Source: Chrysomallon squamiferum
Taxonomy: Eukaryota > Animalia > Mollusca
Assembly (NCBI GenBank): GCA_012295275.1
Contig: CM022678.1
Coordinates: 9,548,001 to 9,612,000, forward strand
Reading direction: 5' to 3'
DNA: 64,000 bases
The notes beneath the pieces were generated by a model. The model was given only the letters and a program-made list of their open reading frames with translations. It did not search any database and had not been told where the DNA came from. The position numbers and the translations under genes were made by a program. Of this stretch, positions 33,991 to 48,417 are shown one piece after another; the first letter of the stretch is position 1, and every line of letters starts with the position of its first letter.

Positions 33991-34446
33991 TCTATATAAA
34001 CATATTTATGTCTGAGATGTAATATTTATTATTTAAGGGAAATAACTCTGTTTTCATATGTAGACAACTAAAGAAAGTAGTAAAGAAAACGAACACATTT
34101 TAAGGTAAATTATCAACGCACAACGAGGCTGAAATATCACGGGAAACAGAAGGAAAGGTAATCGAGTGAAGCACCCCACATACATGAGATAAAGGAACAG
34201 GCAGACACATTTGGTTTTATCTGCTACATTGATGATGACACTAAATAAAGAGTAAAATGAATTCTAATAAAACTGTAACAAACAGGAGTTAAATGGATCT
34301 AAGAAACCATCAGTTTACCAACTGTTCTCTGAGACGGGAAGTAGTTTTTCAAGTGGAGGTTAATGAAAGGCTCCAAACATTTGCCCAATCCTATCCTACT
34401 CAAAGGTTTATCGTTGATGAATATTTTTAAAATATAATTATAATAT

Positions 34447-34477
<31 letters not shown>

Positions 34478-35767
34478 TAATATAATATGATACGATATGA
34501 TACATGTATACTATAATATAATATTATTTATTTATTTATTTATTTACTTATTTACTTATTACAATTTATTTGCGTTGGTAAATATCTTAAATTTTGTGGT
34601 GATGATAATGAAGAAAGGAAGAAGTGATGAATTATGCAGTGTGTCATGGCTGACTAGGTTTTAGGTCAACTGATGAACTCTTTTCTTGCGCATACTGAGC
34701 ACAATATCATGTTTAAACCCCGCTTCTCTGTCAAACGCAATTAAACACTGGGAATATTCATCGCGTGTTTCTTGTCGAGGCTTGATACTAAAATAAAAAC
34801 ATATCTTCATTGTGACGTTCATGATGCATTGAAAAACTCGTTCTACAAGTTTCCAGTGTCAGCTGCGTGGTCTGTGTACAGAACATGACAGTTAATACGA
34901 AACAGTGACATAAACTTGAATATTAGCTCAGCCTGCTAAAATAATTACACAAATACAGACGGATCTGATAGGATTTGGACTCTTTCATTTCAAGAATGTA
35001 CAAAAAATATATATTAAAAAAAATTGAAAAATTGAAAACAAAAAGAAGAAGAAATAAATAACAATCATAACAAACATTTATCATTCTTCTGTTCACAAAA
35101 ATATCCCCCCCAAAATGTACAAAATTACCAAACTTGCTATGACTATTAAATGACAGATCTGTGTTAAGAAACATAGATGACACTATCACATCGGTAAAGC
35201 ACTTAACCTGACAGCAAATGAAAGCGAAGAGGCATTCCCAAACAAACAAAGAAACAAAAAGAAAAAAACGAATTAGTAAGTTATAGGATTTTTGAAAAAA
35301 TATGTATTTATTTATTTATTTATTATTATCTTCATCTTCATCATCATCATTATATATTTAATTAAATATCAAATGTGAATCACACAGGTTATAAAATATA
35401 AAACTCAGAGTGATTCTTTACTTGTGTTCAGTTAACAGAAATGTATTTTTAATATGTACCACTAATCTTGATAAACGAGTATTTTGTTCTATCTAGAACG
35501 GGAAATAACACAATCAGCGCATCTTGCATGAACTAATATTTCCATCAGAGCAAGCAAAATACTGGATACATAAGAAAAGCCACAAATATACATAAGCAAC
35601 AACCGCGACGACAAAAGAATAATAAAAGAAATGTGTGTTCCCAGGGTTACTAAAGAGTTTCTTTGAAACAAGCTGTCTGGTAAATACTCTCAAACTCAGT
35701 CGACTGTAACATACCACACAGTGTACCCCGCTCTTCCCGGATATATACTCAGTTGTTACAACAAACC

Positions 35768-37591
35768 ATGAAGAAGGTGGATTTACTTGTGCTCGCTGTT
35801 TCTTTGTGTTTCTTTGTGAGATACAGTAAGTATTAAATATATATTATATATTTTCGTATTCGTCAGATTTACAATCGAACGACAAATAGCATGTCTATAC
35901 ATGCTGACATGAAAATAGAATTATTTCAGAATTTTAATAAACCATTATCTATTACTGAGATAATACATAATAGAATATGGGTTTAACACTAAACAAATTT
36001 AACTGTATACTCTGAAAATGTTTGTGTTTTAATTTTTGTTGACCTTTGTTCTTTACACGTCTTTCTTTTTGAATGTCTTGCAGTATTTATAATTTATAAT
36101 GTAAATACATTATTTTTTGTTATTTCTTTGTGCCCACTAAATATATCGCAGTGCAAACAGCTGTTATAATAGAAAGTTTAAGCACGACATGTTCACTGCT
36201 TTGCTCAAACTACAGGAAAAACCAACACTTCTTTCTCAGTTTATTTTTATTTACCTTTGTCAAGTATTTCAACGTTTATGTCATCGCTAACACCAAACAG
36301 AGTAATGTTAAGTAGGACTCAATTAGGTTAGGTTTAAAGTTAGGAATAAGATTAGGATTAAAGTTTGTTAGGATGTATTGTCAAGAATAGCAGATAAAAC
36401 ATTATTAATTTATCACATGCATTTGTTTTACTTTCTCTAATATTTCAGTCATGTTTAGAGTTTGGTTTCTGAATTAGAGCAGACTATAATGTTAAAAGTA
36501 GAATATTTGATAAACTAACATTATATCAGAATAGAGGTTAGACTTTATTATCTTATTATTTCAGGCTACTAACCACCGCTCGTAATGAAGTAATATGAAA
36601 ATAATATAATATTGCTACAAAACATCTGAACACCGCCATTTTACCCACTCTTTTTTGGCTTGCGAGCTACTTTTTAAATGACCAAGTCAAAATGATCTAC
36701 CTACAATAAAAACGCAAAACATTTATTTATTTAGTTAGTTTATTTATAGTAAATATTCGTTACTTTACAATATACCTTGCATAACAGCATGAACCTGTAT
36801 GGCACAAAACCAAGTCTGTAGATTTTTGGACATCACCTTACTCTGATGACTTGCATTTGCATTATGGATGATACTTTGTTATTTCGAAACGTAACGTGGA
36901 ATGAAGCTAAAAACATTTAGAGTACACTTTAAATGGAATCATTAAAAATAAGGCTGCTGCTGCGGTAATTGTTAAGGTTTAGGTTTGAAGTAAGGTAAAG
37001 TTTGTGTTGTATTTATATTTTACGTGTAGGGGTGACGGAGACTACCGAATGCGAGAAATTAAAAGCTGTAACAAATGCTAATGTTTTGAATTACATATCT
37101 TCTGAGAAAAAGAAGTAAGTTTCTACTGAATTTGTTACTATTAAATTTTATATATTTATTTACTTGTTTATTTATTTCTTTGTTTTCTTGTTTGTTAAGT
37201 GTTTATTTATTTGTGTGTTTGTTAATTAAATATGAACTAGTGATTTAAATATTTCTTATTTCCTTTTCTCTTTTGTTCCTTGGTTTATCAATTATTTATG
37301 AATTTATGTTTGTTAGATAAATATTAATGAATTAGTTATTTATATATTTCTTATTTGTTTCTATTTGTTTGTTTCTTTGTTTTCTAATGTTTTATGTATC
37401 TGTGTTAGGTAGATAACTGTGTATTTATTATAATGTTTCTAGTGGGTTAATTCGTTGTTGGCTCCTGAATTCAGCGAATGGTACAACCATGAATGTGACA
37501 GTTATCGAATCCTCTGTTGGAACAGGAAAAGACTGCCAGAATGAAAATGTTACAATCGAGGGTGGTAAGATGACTTTTGTATTATTATTTT

Positions 37592-37679
<88 letters not shown>

Positions 37680-38978
37680 CTACTATTGTTATTGTTGTAA
37701 CTGTTATTATTATTATCATTGTTGTTATATTATTATAATTATAATTATTATTATTGTTGTTGTTGTTATTCCAATTGTTCTTTTATTGTTTTGTTGTTGT
37801 TATAGTTGTTGCTGTTTGTTATTATTATTGTTGTTGTTATTTTACTATTATTACTGTTGTAATTATTCTTATTGCTATTACTGTTGTTGTTCTGTGTGCA
37901 AGTATGTAAGTATGTATGTATGTATGTATGTATGCTTTATCAAAAACGCTATTGCTGTTTTGTGTTATATACAGTGACAGTGTCCAAGGGCTGGACAGCT
38001 GTGAAGGCGTGGTGTGGTACAGAAACACCTTCTTATCAATCATCAGGAAAACGAGGAAACGAGCTGAAAATTAATGCTTTTTTTAATTCTGACAACGGCC
38101 TTACGAAAAAATTCAAACTACGATACAGAGCAATGAGTAAGTGTATGACAGTGTGTAAAACATTCCTGTGTGAATTTTGTTTGTCATAGGCTGTGAATTG
38201 GTGATGAATAAGAAATCTCAATTACAAATGTTTTAAATGCATTTTTCTAAATACAACCATAAGACAATGGCTGGAACTATAACGTTTTAGTGCTAAAACA
38301 AAATATGTGAGTTACTTTGTTTCTGGATGTTTCACACACAGCCAGACACACATACACACAGAGGCACTCATACTCACACACACGGATCATACACAGGCGC
38401 AGTAGTTACATCAAAGATTAATCTAGGAGGATGAGGAAACAGGACCGAATTTCTGAATTTTGCTAAAGATAATAACTACAGCAAAGTGTTTAGTGTGTTG
38501 TTAAAAAGACAAATATTATTTTCAGTTCGCTGTAATGTTACAACAAATCCACCTAAAATGATAGAAGTAAACGTAAGTGACAACGTAGTTTTATCCTGTA
38601 CGTCAGCGTGCCCGTCACCTGTCAGATACAGCTGGATACACAACAACGTTGTCATCAGCCGAGACAGAGAGACAGGCCATCTGGCTGTCCCTCACGTCAG
38701 TGATGCTGATTTTGGGTACTACACGTGCATTGCAAGTCAGTATGCTGATGATGATCATGACGTTGGCTACAGTGGTTCAAACTACGTCGAAGTGAGAGAG
38801 TTATATGTAAGTAATCTTTGTAACCTGTAGAAATGTATGCTAGTTTTCAGTGAAACATTTTGTACGCTTGCATCTATGTTCGGTGTACGTATGTTTTATA
38901 TTATTCAGATTGCATTGTCTAGTAGGTGCCTGGATACGTCAGAAACATTTCAAATACTTTTAATGAAAGTAGAGTCAT

Positions 38979-39011
<33 letters not shown>

Positions 39012-39554
39012 ACACCCAAACGCACACGCTCACAGAAAAGATAAAATTTATGGATACATCTACATATTTGACAGAATTAATATACCTGACACCTTTTGAC
39101 CACTTACACTAAAATATTTCAGACGGGCCGTTGAGTGTAAAGCTGATTTCTACGGATGGTGCCTATGTGGGGTCAAAGCACTGATTTGCGGTGTGAAGCC
39201 CGCTGTTACCCACCGTGTCAGTACAAATGGACATTTCGTGAAAAGTCTCTCAAGAATTCTGATTATTTTTCTCTACACATTGTTGGTGGACTTCATTTTA
39301 AGAGTTTGTCAGTGATGATGCTGGCGATTACACGTGTATTGCTACCAACCCCAAAACTTTAAAAAGGGAGCAAAAGCATCACAATATCTGTCAGTAGTAA
39401 GTATAATTGTTTATATCACGTGTACATTTATCAGAACAGAGACTCACAGACACACAGACATGCACAGAAACTCACACATATACACACAGACATGCACAGA
39501 GATATATATACATTTGGTCTGTGTTTTTCTTGTTAGATGCATGTATGTGTGTTG

Positions 39555-39587
<33 letters not shown>

Positions 39588-40237
39588 TGTGTGTTTGTGT
39601 ATGTGTGTGTTTGTGTGTGTGTGTGTGTTTGTGTGTGTGTTTGTGTGTGTGTGTGTGTTTGTGTGTGTTTGTGTGTGTGTTTGTTTTTCTTCATTTTTTC
39701 CTTCTCATTAAATGTTCATAGTTTTTTTGTGTACCACTCACTACAACATATCGCAACGAATGAGGGTTTTTCACTTTCTTGTTAAAACCGACTCGACACT
39801 CTCAGGGGGTGTACAAGGGGAAAAAGTTAAGAACCAGGACAGAGACAGAGATAGATTATAAAGGAACAAAAAAACAAAATCCTAACAGTACGAAAACAAA
39901 TGAGATAAACTAGCACACAGTTTTGATTTGAAGGATGTATGCTTGACTAGATATATGGAACATAAAACTACAGGGTTTGTTTTTACTATATATCTCAAAT
40001 ATATTCTTAATTCACGCAGTGATAACTTTTTATACAAGAGTAAAAAGATATGTTAATCCTTGCAAATATCACTGACTGAATGGACAGGAAAACGAATTCA
40101 TTTTACAGGGTTTCTATTAAATATTTATGTGAGTTTGAATTAGTCACAGAAATGTAGATAGGTAAACAAGTGGATGGATGGATGAATGGACAGATATACA
40201 TATAGAAAAGAGAAAGAATTTTGTGTGTGTGTTGTGT

Positions 40238-40301
<64 letters not shown>

Positions 40302-40469
40302 TCTGAATTTAAAAACGATAGTGTGACAGTTTATACTAAATTTTCAGATGCAGAACACTGAGAACACTGAGAACGCAGATATGTTGACAATAATTATCGG
40401 CGCTGCTGCAGGTGCAGTCGTCCTACTTATGATAAATCATCATCGTCATTGTAGTAATAAGAAGAAAAG
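35768..40469 (+). CDS. Type I membrane protein: signal peptide, CUB, Ig, Ig, TM (cytoplasmic exons lost in the gap; frameshifts in 3' exons)
   Basis: Exons: 35768-35825 (MKKVDLLVLAVSLCFFVRY); 37030-37114, 37443-37564 and 37975-38136 (CUB: C..RCWLL..DC.NENVTIEG..WCG..SD..FKLRY); 38526-38806 (Ig: LSC..YSW..DFGYYTC); 39123-39396 (YGP..LRCEA..YKW..DAGDYTC); 40348-40469 (IIIGAAAGAVVLLMI.IIVIVVIRRK). The first five exons are in frame. Confidence 0.85.
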
Positions 40470-40751
40470 GTAATAATCTAAATATCTGGTTTTATTCGAA
40501 TAAAGTTAAATTCTGATGTTTAACAACTCTCTCTCCTCGATAACTAGAGCAGGTTAAGCTATTTATCACTGAACTAAAACAAAAGCAGGCAAATAATATT
40601 CATGGAAGAGGTAACTAATGATTAACAGTATTGTTTGTTTTTCTTATTTATTTTATTTTATTTTATTTTATTATTTTTTAATTTTTTTTTTTTCTTCAAT
40701 GCAAGAAAAAGAAAATCAACCAAAATTAATATATAAAATGAAAAAAGTAAA

Positions 40752-40951
40752 NNNNNNNNNNNNNNNNNNNNNNNNNNNNNNNNNNNNNNNNNNNNNNNNN
40801 NNNNNNNNNNNNNNNNNNNNNNNNNNNNNNNNNNNNNNNNNNNNNNNNNNNNNNNNNNNNNNNNNNNNNNNNNNNNNNNNNNNNNNNNNNNNNNNNNNNN
40901 NNNNNNNNNNNNNNNNNNNNNNNNNNNNNNNNNNNNNNNNNNNNNNNNNNN
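40752..40951. other. Scaffold gap (200 N)
   Basis: Run of exactly 200 N. Confidence 1.
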
Positions 40952-41657
40952 AATGACAAAGTGAAATATCCGACTTTTTTTCAGTTAAGAGCGCCTGGGG
41001 GGGGGGGAGTAAAAGAAAAATATCTTGAATATGGCCACTGGAAGGACATAAAGATTAGATTTTGTTTCACTGACAAACAAAGGAATTTTTCTTCTTCTGC
41101 TTCTACCTTTCTTTCTTTTTTTCTTCATTTATATAGCTTTTCAGGTCTCCATTCACCGCATAACCTAATTTGAAGTTTTTTCAAATAACATTTTATTTGT
41201 TTACTGAAGCGAAACTTACTATGTTGTTTGTTTGCTGGTGTGAACGATAGAACAAGTTACGAGTGTTTTATAATGACAGATATCTTCACGAGAACATACT
41301 CCACATAGAAAAATGATGTAGATAACTCGATTTATTAAATAAAGAAATAAAATACATTACAATTAAACAAATACAACACAAACGTACAATTGGTCACCTT
41401 TCAACATAATTTATGTCAGTATTAAACTAATTTCCCGATCTAACATATTATAATATGAATTTACTCAAATTTATTTCCCGATGTAATAGTCTACAGTATG
41501 TAAATATATTAATATTTATGAATGTAATTTATGTACTTATACTTATCTCGCTCAGTCTTTATAAATGTTAACCTACAAATAATAAACAACATATAAAGAG
41601 ACCCTTTCAGCTAAGAAAAGAAAGAACCCTTTTTTTTACGTACGTTTTGTGTGTGTT

Positions 41658-41704
<47 letters not shown>

Positions 41705-42104
41705 TGTGTGTGTTTGTGTGTTTGGTAGCTCTTTATTTCCCTATAACAGCAAAGGCAGTTAATCTTATAAACCACACACATACACATACAACACGCACTA
41801 AACACAAAAATCACACAAACGCGTACACATACACAAACATACACTGTATACAGACACACTAACGGAAATCATGTGTGTGTGTGAAACATATACGCCTTTA
41901 ATGCAAAATTTCACAAGTGAGAAGAAATATAACCCTAACCCGCTGTCAAACGCTTATCAAACAAGATCAGGATTTCGAGGTCTACTAACCTCCATTTCAT
42001 AAAAGGGCCCACCGGACTGTGCAACGATTACAAATTATTTCATTACTGCAGATATCAGTGAAAACATCGAATTCAAAGAGCAAGAGAAGCCAGCCTAGAC
42101 TGAC

Positions 42105-42265
42105 ACATTTTAAAACTTTGTTTGTTACACAAAACCCGCTATAGCTAATTATCTTAATTCTAAAATTTTAAAACTTTGGTTGTTTGTTAAGGAAATACCG
42201 CCATAGCTATTTTATCTCAATTCTTAAATGTTAAAACTTTGTATGTTTGTTATACAAAACCCAGT
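42105..42265. repeat. Short degenerate tandem repeat of about 60 bp, 2.5 copies
   Basis: ttaaaactttg..tttgtta..aaa.cc(g)..atagcta recurs. Confidence 0.7.
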
Positions 42266-42560
42266 TTATTTATTTATTATAATTACTAACACACACACAC
42301 ACACACGACTTTTTTCTAGTTTATAGTTGCTATATACAGACTTCACGATCTTAATAATAATAATAAAAAGATTATATACATATAAACATTATTAGTTTAT
42401 TAAGATTATCTATGCCTAGTATACAGAAGAGAAATGTATCTACTGAAAAACAGTCTCATAGATATCCGTTTTTAACTTTATAACAAAGACAACCTTAAAT
42501 ATCCGCTACCATCCGCTAGTAGAAAATTGCTATTACTACTTTTTCTGTTTTTCTTTTTTT

Positions 42561-42652
<92 letters not shown>

Positions 42653-42742
42653 TGTCTATTTGCTGCTTCATAATGCACAGCTTAATATGTGATTATAGAA
42701 TGAGTTGAATTAGTTTACTGAGTGGCTTTATTATAATTGTTA

Positions 42743-42778
<36 letters not shown>

Positions 42779-42857
42779 GTAGTAGTAGTAGTAGTAGTAG
42801 TAGTACACAACTGTTACTTTTATTAACATTTATTTCTTTGTTAATTTAAAAGAAAAC

Positions 42858-42901
<44 letters not shown>

Positions 42902-43269
42902 TAATAATAATAATCATCATCAAAGAAGAAGAAGAAGAAGATAACAATTAAAATATGTTTGAAATAACATGATCATGTTTTAAGCAGAGTTTAACATTCA
43001 AGGTCTTCTCTTTTTCTTTTCTGTCAAAACAAACCAGTCAGCTGTAACTTTCGTATGTATTACCAGGTCCTAAACCTGATCTATACAAAGATATGCATAA
43101 ATAATTTGCTACTTTTGAATAAATAAATATATAAAAAAAATAATAAAATAAAATAAAATAAATATAAAATCCTAACCTAATTTGCAAAAATAATCTGAAG
43201 TGTAGGATATTTACAAATACATTTATTGAATTAACACTGAAATGTTCCTTTTGTCATATATATATTAAA

Positions 43270-43304
<35 letters not shown>

Positions 43305-44699
43305 CATAACTGAAACAATACAGAAAAATGATAAAATACAATAAAATGTGTACTGAAATTAACAATTATTTTGAATCTAGTAAGAATTATAATAGATTTA
43401 TTTGTAAAAACAAAATTCCTAAAACAGACTTCTTTTATCTATCAATAAATATTAATCAGTCTTAAATCTAACTGTAAACCTACCCTCAGCCAATCCTCAC
43501 CCAGACTTTTTATTATTGTTGAATTTAACTGAGTGATAATTATTTTGAAAAATAATGTTTTAGATCTCTCTCACTCTCATGAATTATCATTCTATCTCAT
43601 TTTGTAAAAAACATGATTCGCTCTCCTGATTTGATCCTGGGATCAGACTGACATCTAGTGAAATGTCTGTAACAACAGCTAAACACTGAATTTGTTAATC
43701 ACTGTTCCCCTGCACTTTACCTTATGAAGTTGTCTATGACTCTAGCTTAAATCAAAAATATAAATAACAAAACTCAGAATAATTTAAATATTTGTTTGGA
43801 AGGAGAAAACAGGGTTTTGATAAACATTTATAACTACCTATTTTAAATATTTGAAAATAATTACCTGTCATAAATAAAAAGAAAAGTCAGTATAACAAAT
43901 GTCAACAATAAGACTTGAATCACTTTAGTTATTTTGTGTAATATGTGTAATAAGTGGCTCCACATATTGTAACAGAAATATAGATAGATAGATAGAGACA
44001 GAGATAGATAGACAGACAGACAGATAAACAAAGACAGACAGATAGAAAGATAGACTAAACTATTTAAATATTATATTCTGAAACAGCCAAATTTTTCATT
44101 CATTTGAAATGCAAGTAAAATTCAAAATGATATATCTCTATGCAAAGTGTTTATGGTGTTTTTTGAATATGTACACACCAAACAAATGAATAATAGTACT
44201 CCCTCAATTGCCTGTGCTATTGTTATTTTCATTACCTTCTACTATAAAAGTCTCAAGAAAATCATTAACTAAAAATTTAGAAAAACATGGCACATGATGT
44301 ATCTGAACTTTCAAATTAAAAATTATTTTAAATGTTTCATATGATTTTAAAGTGCTGAGAGGTGCCAAGATTTCTGACTGATATAATAAAAGTATATTAA
44401 TAAGATAAAAATAAAAAGAATACCAAGAATTTGGTTAGAATTTTTTTTTTAAATGACTAAACAACTTGACATACAATGTAATCTGCAAAGTAATCATTAA
44501 GAAAATATCTTCCAAACAACAGATCTTCTTCCATTTTATGTTTTATTAACAAACATTTTCATAAATCTTTACCAGTACATTAAAAAAAAAAAAAATAATA
44601 ATAATAATAATAATAATAAGAATAATAATAAAGTTTATCTCCCTTGAGCTATACAATTTGTGTTTTTTTAAAGCAGTAAATCAAGGATTTCTACATCAG

Positions 44700-47600
44700 A
44701 CATTTTTAAAAATAATTTCTTTTTCACACACTTGACTGTCTGGTCCAAACATTCTGTCCACTGGTCTATGTCTGACTGTATCTTGCATGAATGACACTTT
44801 GAATCTGAAATCACAGTTTCACAGATTTATAAATTCTTCAGTAAGTGCAGTCCACATAACAAGTAACTATTTTTTAAATATTACTTTTGGTGTGGAACTT
44901 TCTAGAAATTCTCAATATTCTTCAAGAATTCAGTTCTTCATATTTGTTGTGAAGATATTTTATCTTCTGCTGTTTCTTCTGTTTAGTTTGTTCAGTACAG
45001 AGAGAAAACTTGAAGAACTTGGAGATAAACACAACAAGTCACTTAGAATCAATGTCACTTCTCACATTTTCTTTCATTCTCAAAACAAGCTTATGATAAA
45101 GGAACCTGAAAAAAAAAAAAAAAATATTATTAAAATTAAAATAATATTCAGAGTTGTATAAACAATATTATACAATTTACCATGTAAAATGAAGGTTGAT
45201 ATGATTCAAATGGGATGGGTTGTGATTTAATTATTTTCATGATTTTTTTACTTACTGTTAAAAAGCCATTTATTCCATGGACAAAATCAATTTAATTTAG
45301 CATTGTATTGCATTTCATTTCATTTATTTCATTGTGAATCATTTCACACATTACATTTTATTTTATTTCATTTTATTCCATTAATTTTATTATATTTTAT
45401 CATTATTTCAATTTTTTATTTCAGTTCAGTTTATTTCAGTTCAGTTTGTTCAATTATTGTACTGTATTGTGTTGTGTTGTGGTGTATTGTATTTCACAGT
45501 ATTTCATTTCATTTATTTTATTTTATTGTATTGCACTGTATCACACTGCATTTCATTTCAATGTATATCATTTCATTTTATTGATTTCACTGTATTTGAT
45601 TTGATTTAATTAAATTCACTGTATATGTATGTATATGGAGGTTTGTGTGTGCATGTTTCATGTGTGTGAATATTTGCATGTGCATGTTTGCATGTGTGTG
45701 AAATCTTTGCACATGTTGTGTGTGCATGTGTGTGTGTGTGTGTGTGTGTGATATAATAATATATATCTACCTCTACAAGTAATTTTGTCAGTTTCCCATT
45801 TATAACCATCCATACAGTTACATGTGTAGACTCCATCTTAGTAGTTTTAGTTCTGAGTGTAAATATTTTTGAATTACATTCATTTATATCTGAAAGAGAG
45901 AAACAGATAAATTATATCTCAATCATTAACAACAATTAAACTTTCTCATACATTTTGACAAGTTTCTAAAATTACTCAAATATCATTTACACAGAAATTA
46001 TTTCTAATATATGGATTAACTGAAAATAAAATTTAAAATTCATAAGGTTTTGAGCATTTCTAAAATTAATCAAGTTTAAGTTACACAGATATAACTATTA
46101 TTAATAAAAATTAAAATTATTCATAAATTCTGACAAGTTTCTGAAACACTATTAACTGCTTTGAAATTTTTCTTAATTCCAGAAATGAGAAGTTTAACTT
46201 AACTATTTGAATAGCACAAAAGCTACTAATGCATACATAAGTTGCAAACTGATTGCTGATTATATAATGAGCATGACATTATTAATAATAAAAATTAAAA
46301 AAAAAAAAAAAACAGATAATGGTAGAAATGCTGACCATTCAGATTCAAAGAGATAACACTTACACTGGAAATATGAATAAACTAAGAATGCTTGAAGTGA
46401 ACAATTTAACCTGAGAACCAGATAGAACTGACTCACCTGAGCATGTTTTGTTGTCTGAATTCAAGGTAAACATTTCTACACAAACACTGCTCCACTGTGT
46501 CATGCACCCTGCAGCCCTGTTCACACGAACTGTTCACTGCAGCACTGTCACAACTGAACATAAAATATTTTTATAACTTTATTATATTTTGTCACAACTA
46601 AAATAAAATAATTAACAATTTATTCACATTCTCACAGAAATGAAAATAAAATAGTTTATAATTTTATCAAATTTTGTCACAATTAAAATAAAATAAAAAT
46701 ATTTTATAATTTGTAATCACTCTGACAAGAATAAATGTAGCTTTTTCATTCAGTTTAGTTAAAGAATGATACCAAACATTCATTCAATTTAAAAAAAATT
46801 TAAAAAAATGATTTTTTGAATGAAATGAATAAACAAATGAGGAAGAAAAATGAATTGTTTAATAATAGTTTAATTAGTTTTTAAACATTAGTTTTCAAAT
46901 TTTTATTTTTTATTTTTTTTTTTTTTCTGGTAATGTTCTTAAAAATTAATTTTCAAACTGCAAAAATAAAGTTAGCTGTTACCAAACAGGGTTTGTTTTT
47001 TTTTTTTTTTGTTATTTCTCAACAATTTAAATTTCTTAATAACTGAAACCTGATTTTCTGATTTTTAAATAAAATTCTCTTAATTTTTGAATAAAAAATT
47101 ATTAACAAGTATAAAATGATATTTTTTTATTATTATATTTATTTATTATATTTTAATGCAGAAAAAGTTAATTTTTGTGACTGAGGTATTAATTAACTCA
47201 TTTCTATGTAATTTTTCAGTTTTAAAACATCCATTCTGTTTTCTTTGGTAATTAAAATCACAAAAAATATTTAAAATTCATCAATCATTTGTATCATTTA
47301 ACTATTTAAATAAAAAATAATTTTAAGAAATCATTTCTAGCATATAACTATTTATTAAATAATAAAAAATCATTTGTAACATATAACTATTTATTAAATA
47401 ATAAGGAAAATTCATTTATAACATATAACTGTTTATTAAATAAAACATTATAATTTCAACTTGTTACCAAATTTTTAATATTGAGTAATTAACTATTTAT
47501 TAAGTATACCCTACTCACCTATACATTCATCTGACAAGTTGTGATATCCTGTCTTACACTCAAATGATAGGAGACTGGCAGGTTTTTGCAGTTGCTGTTT

Positions 47601-48069
47601 GCTTGACATGAAACTGTTGAAACACTACATTCATCTCTGTTGTTTTCACATCACACACCACCCAGCCAGCTTTACACTGACAATGGTCTGAGAGGGAAAA
47701 ATAAAATTTAATTTGAAAATAAATAAATTAAATTAAAATCAAATTTTTGTGTAAGTATTTATTATAAAACTAAATTTATAAAATTATATCAAAAGTATAA
47801 TCTGAATATCATGAAAATTTCTAATTTTACAGAATAAGTTGCTTCAGATTTCAAAATATGATTATGTTTTTAAAATATTTAAAAATTTATTTTTACATTA
47901 TTGTATTTTGTAATGAGAAATTCTGCTTACTAACACATGTTGTCTGGTCATTTTCAAGTTTCTTCCCAGCCAGACAGGAACAAGTGAATCCACTGATTCT
48001 GTTAATACAAGTATCAATATACTTAGTAATACTGACATCAACTGGTGTACACTCATTTATATCTAAAAA

Positions 48070-48119
<50 letters not shown>

Positions 48120-48378
48120 TAATAATAATAGTAATATAATTATTATTATTGTTATTAAGAAAGAGGGATGTCTATGATTTAATAAGGGTACAGACTATAA
48201 TTGACATCAAATATTTCTGTCTCCAACAATCTGCTGACTGCGTGACTGACACAGATAAAATACTTCTTAAAATAAATCTTCTGTTATCTTTGTTGTATTC
48301 AAGGTAATACAGTGTACAGAGGAAAAACTTTGTTTAATCGCTCAATGCAATTCAAAATATATAAAATAAAATTCAAGT

Positions 48379-48417
<39 letters not shown>

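Noticed and set aside
40618-40959. ORFs running into X residues
   Set aside because: Artefacts of the N gap.
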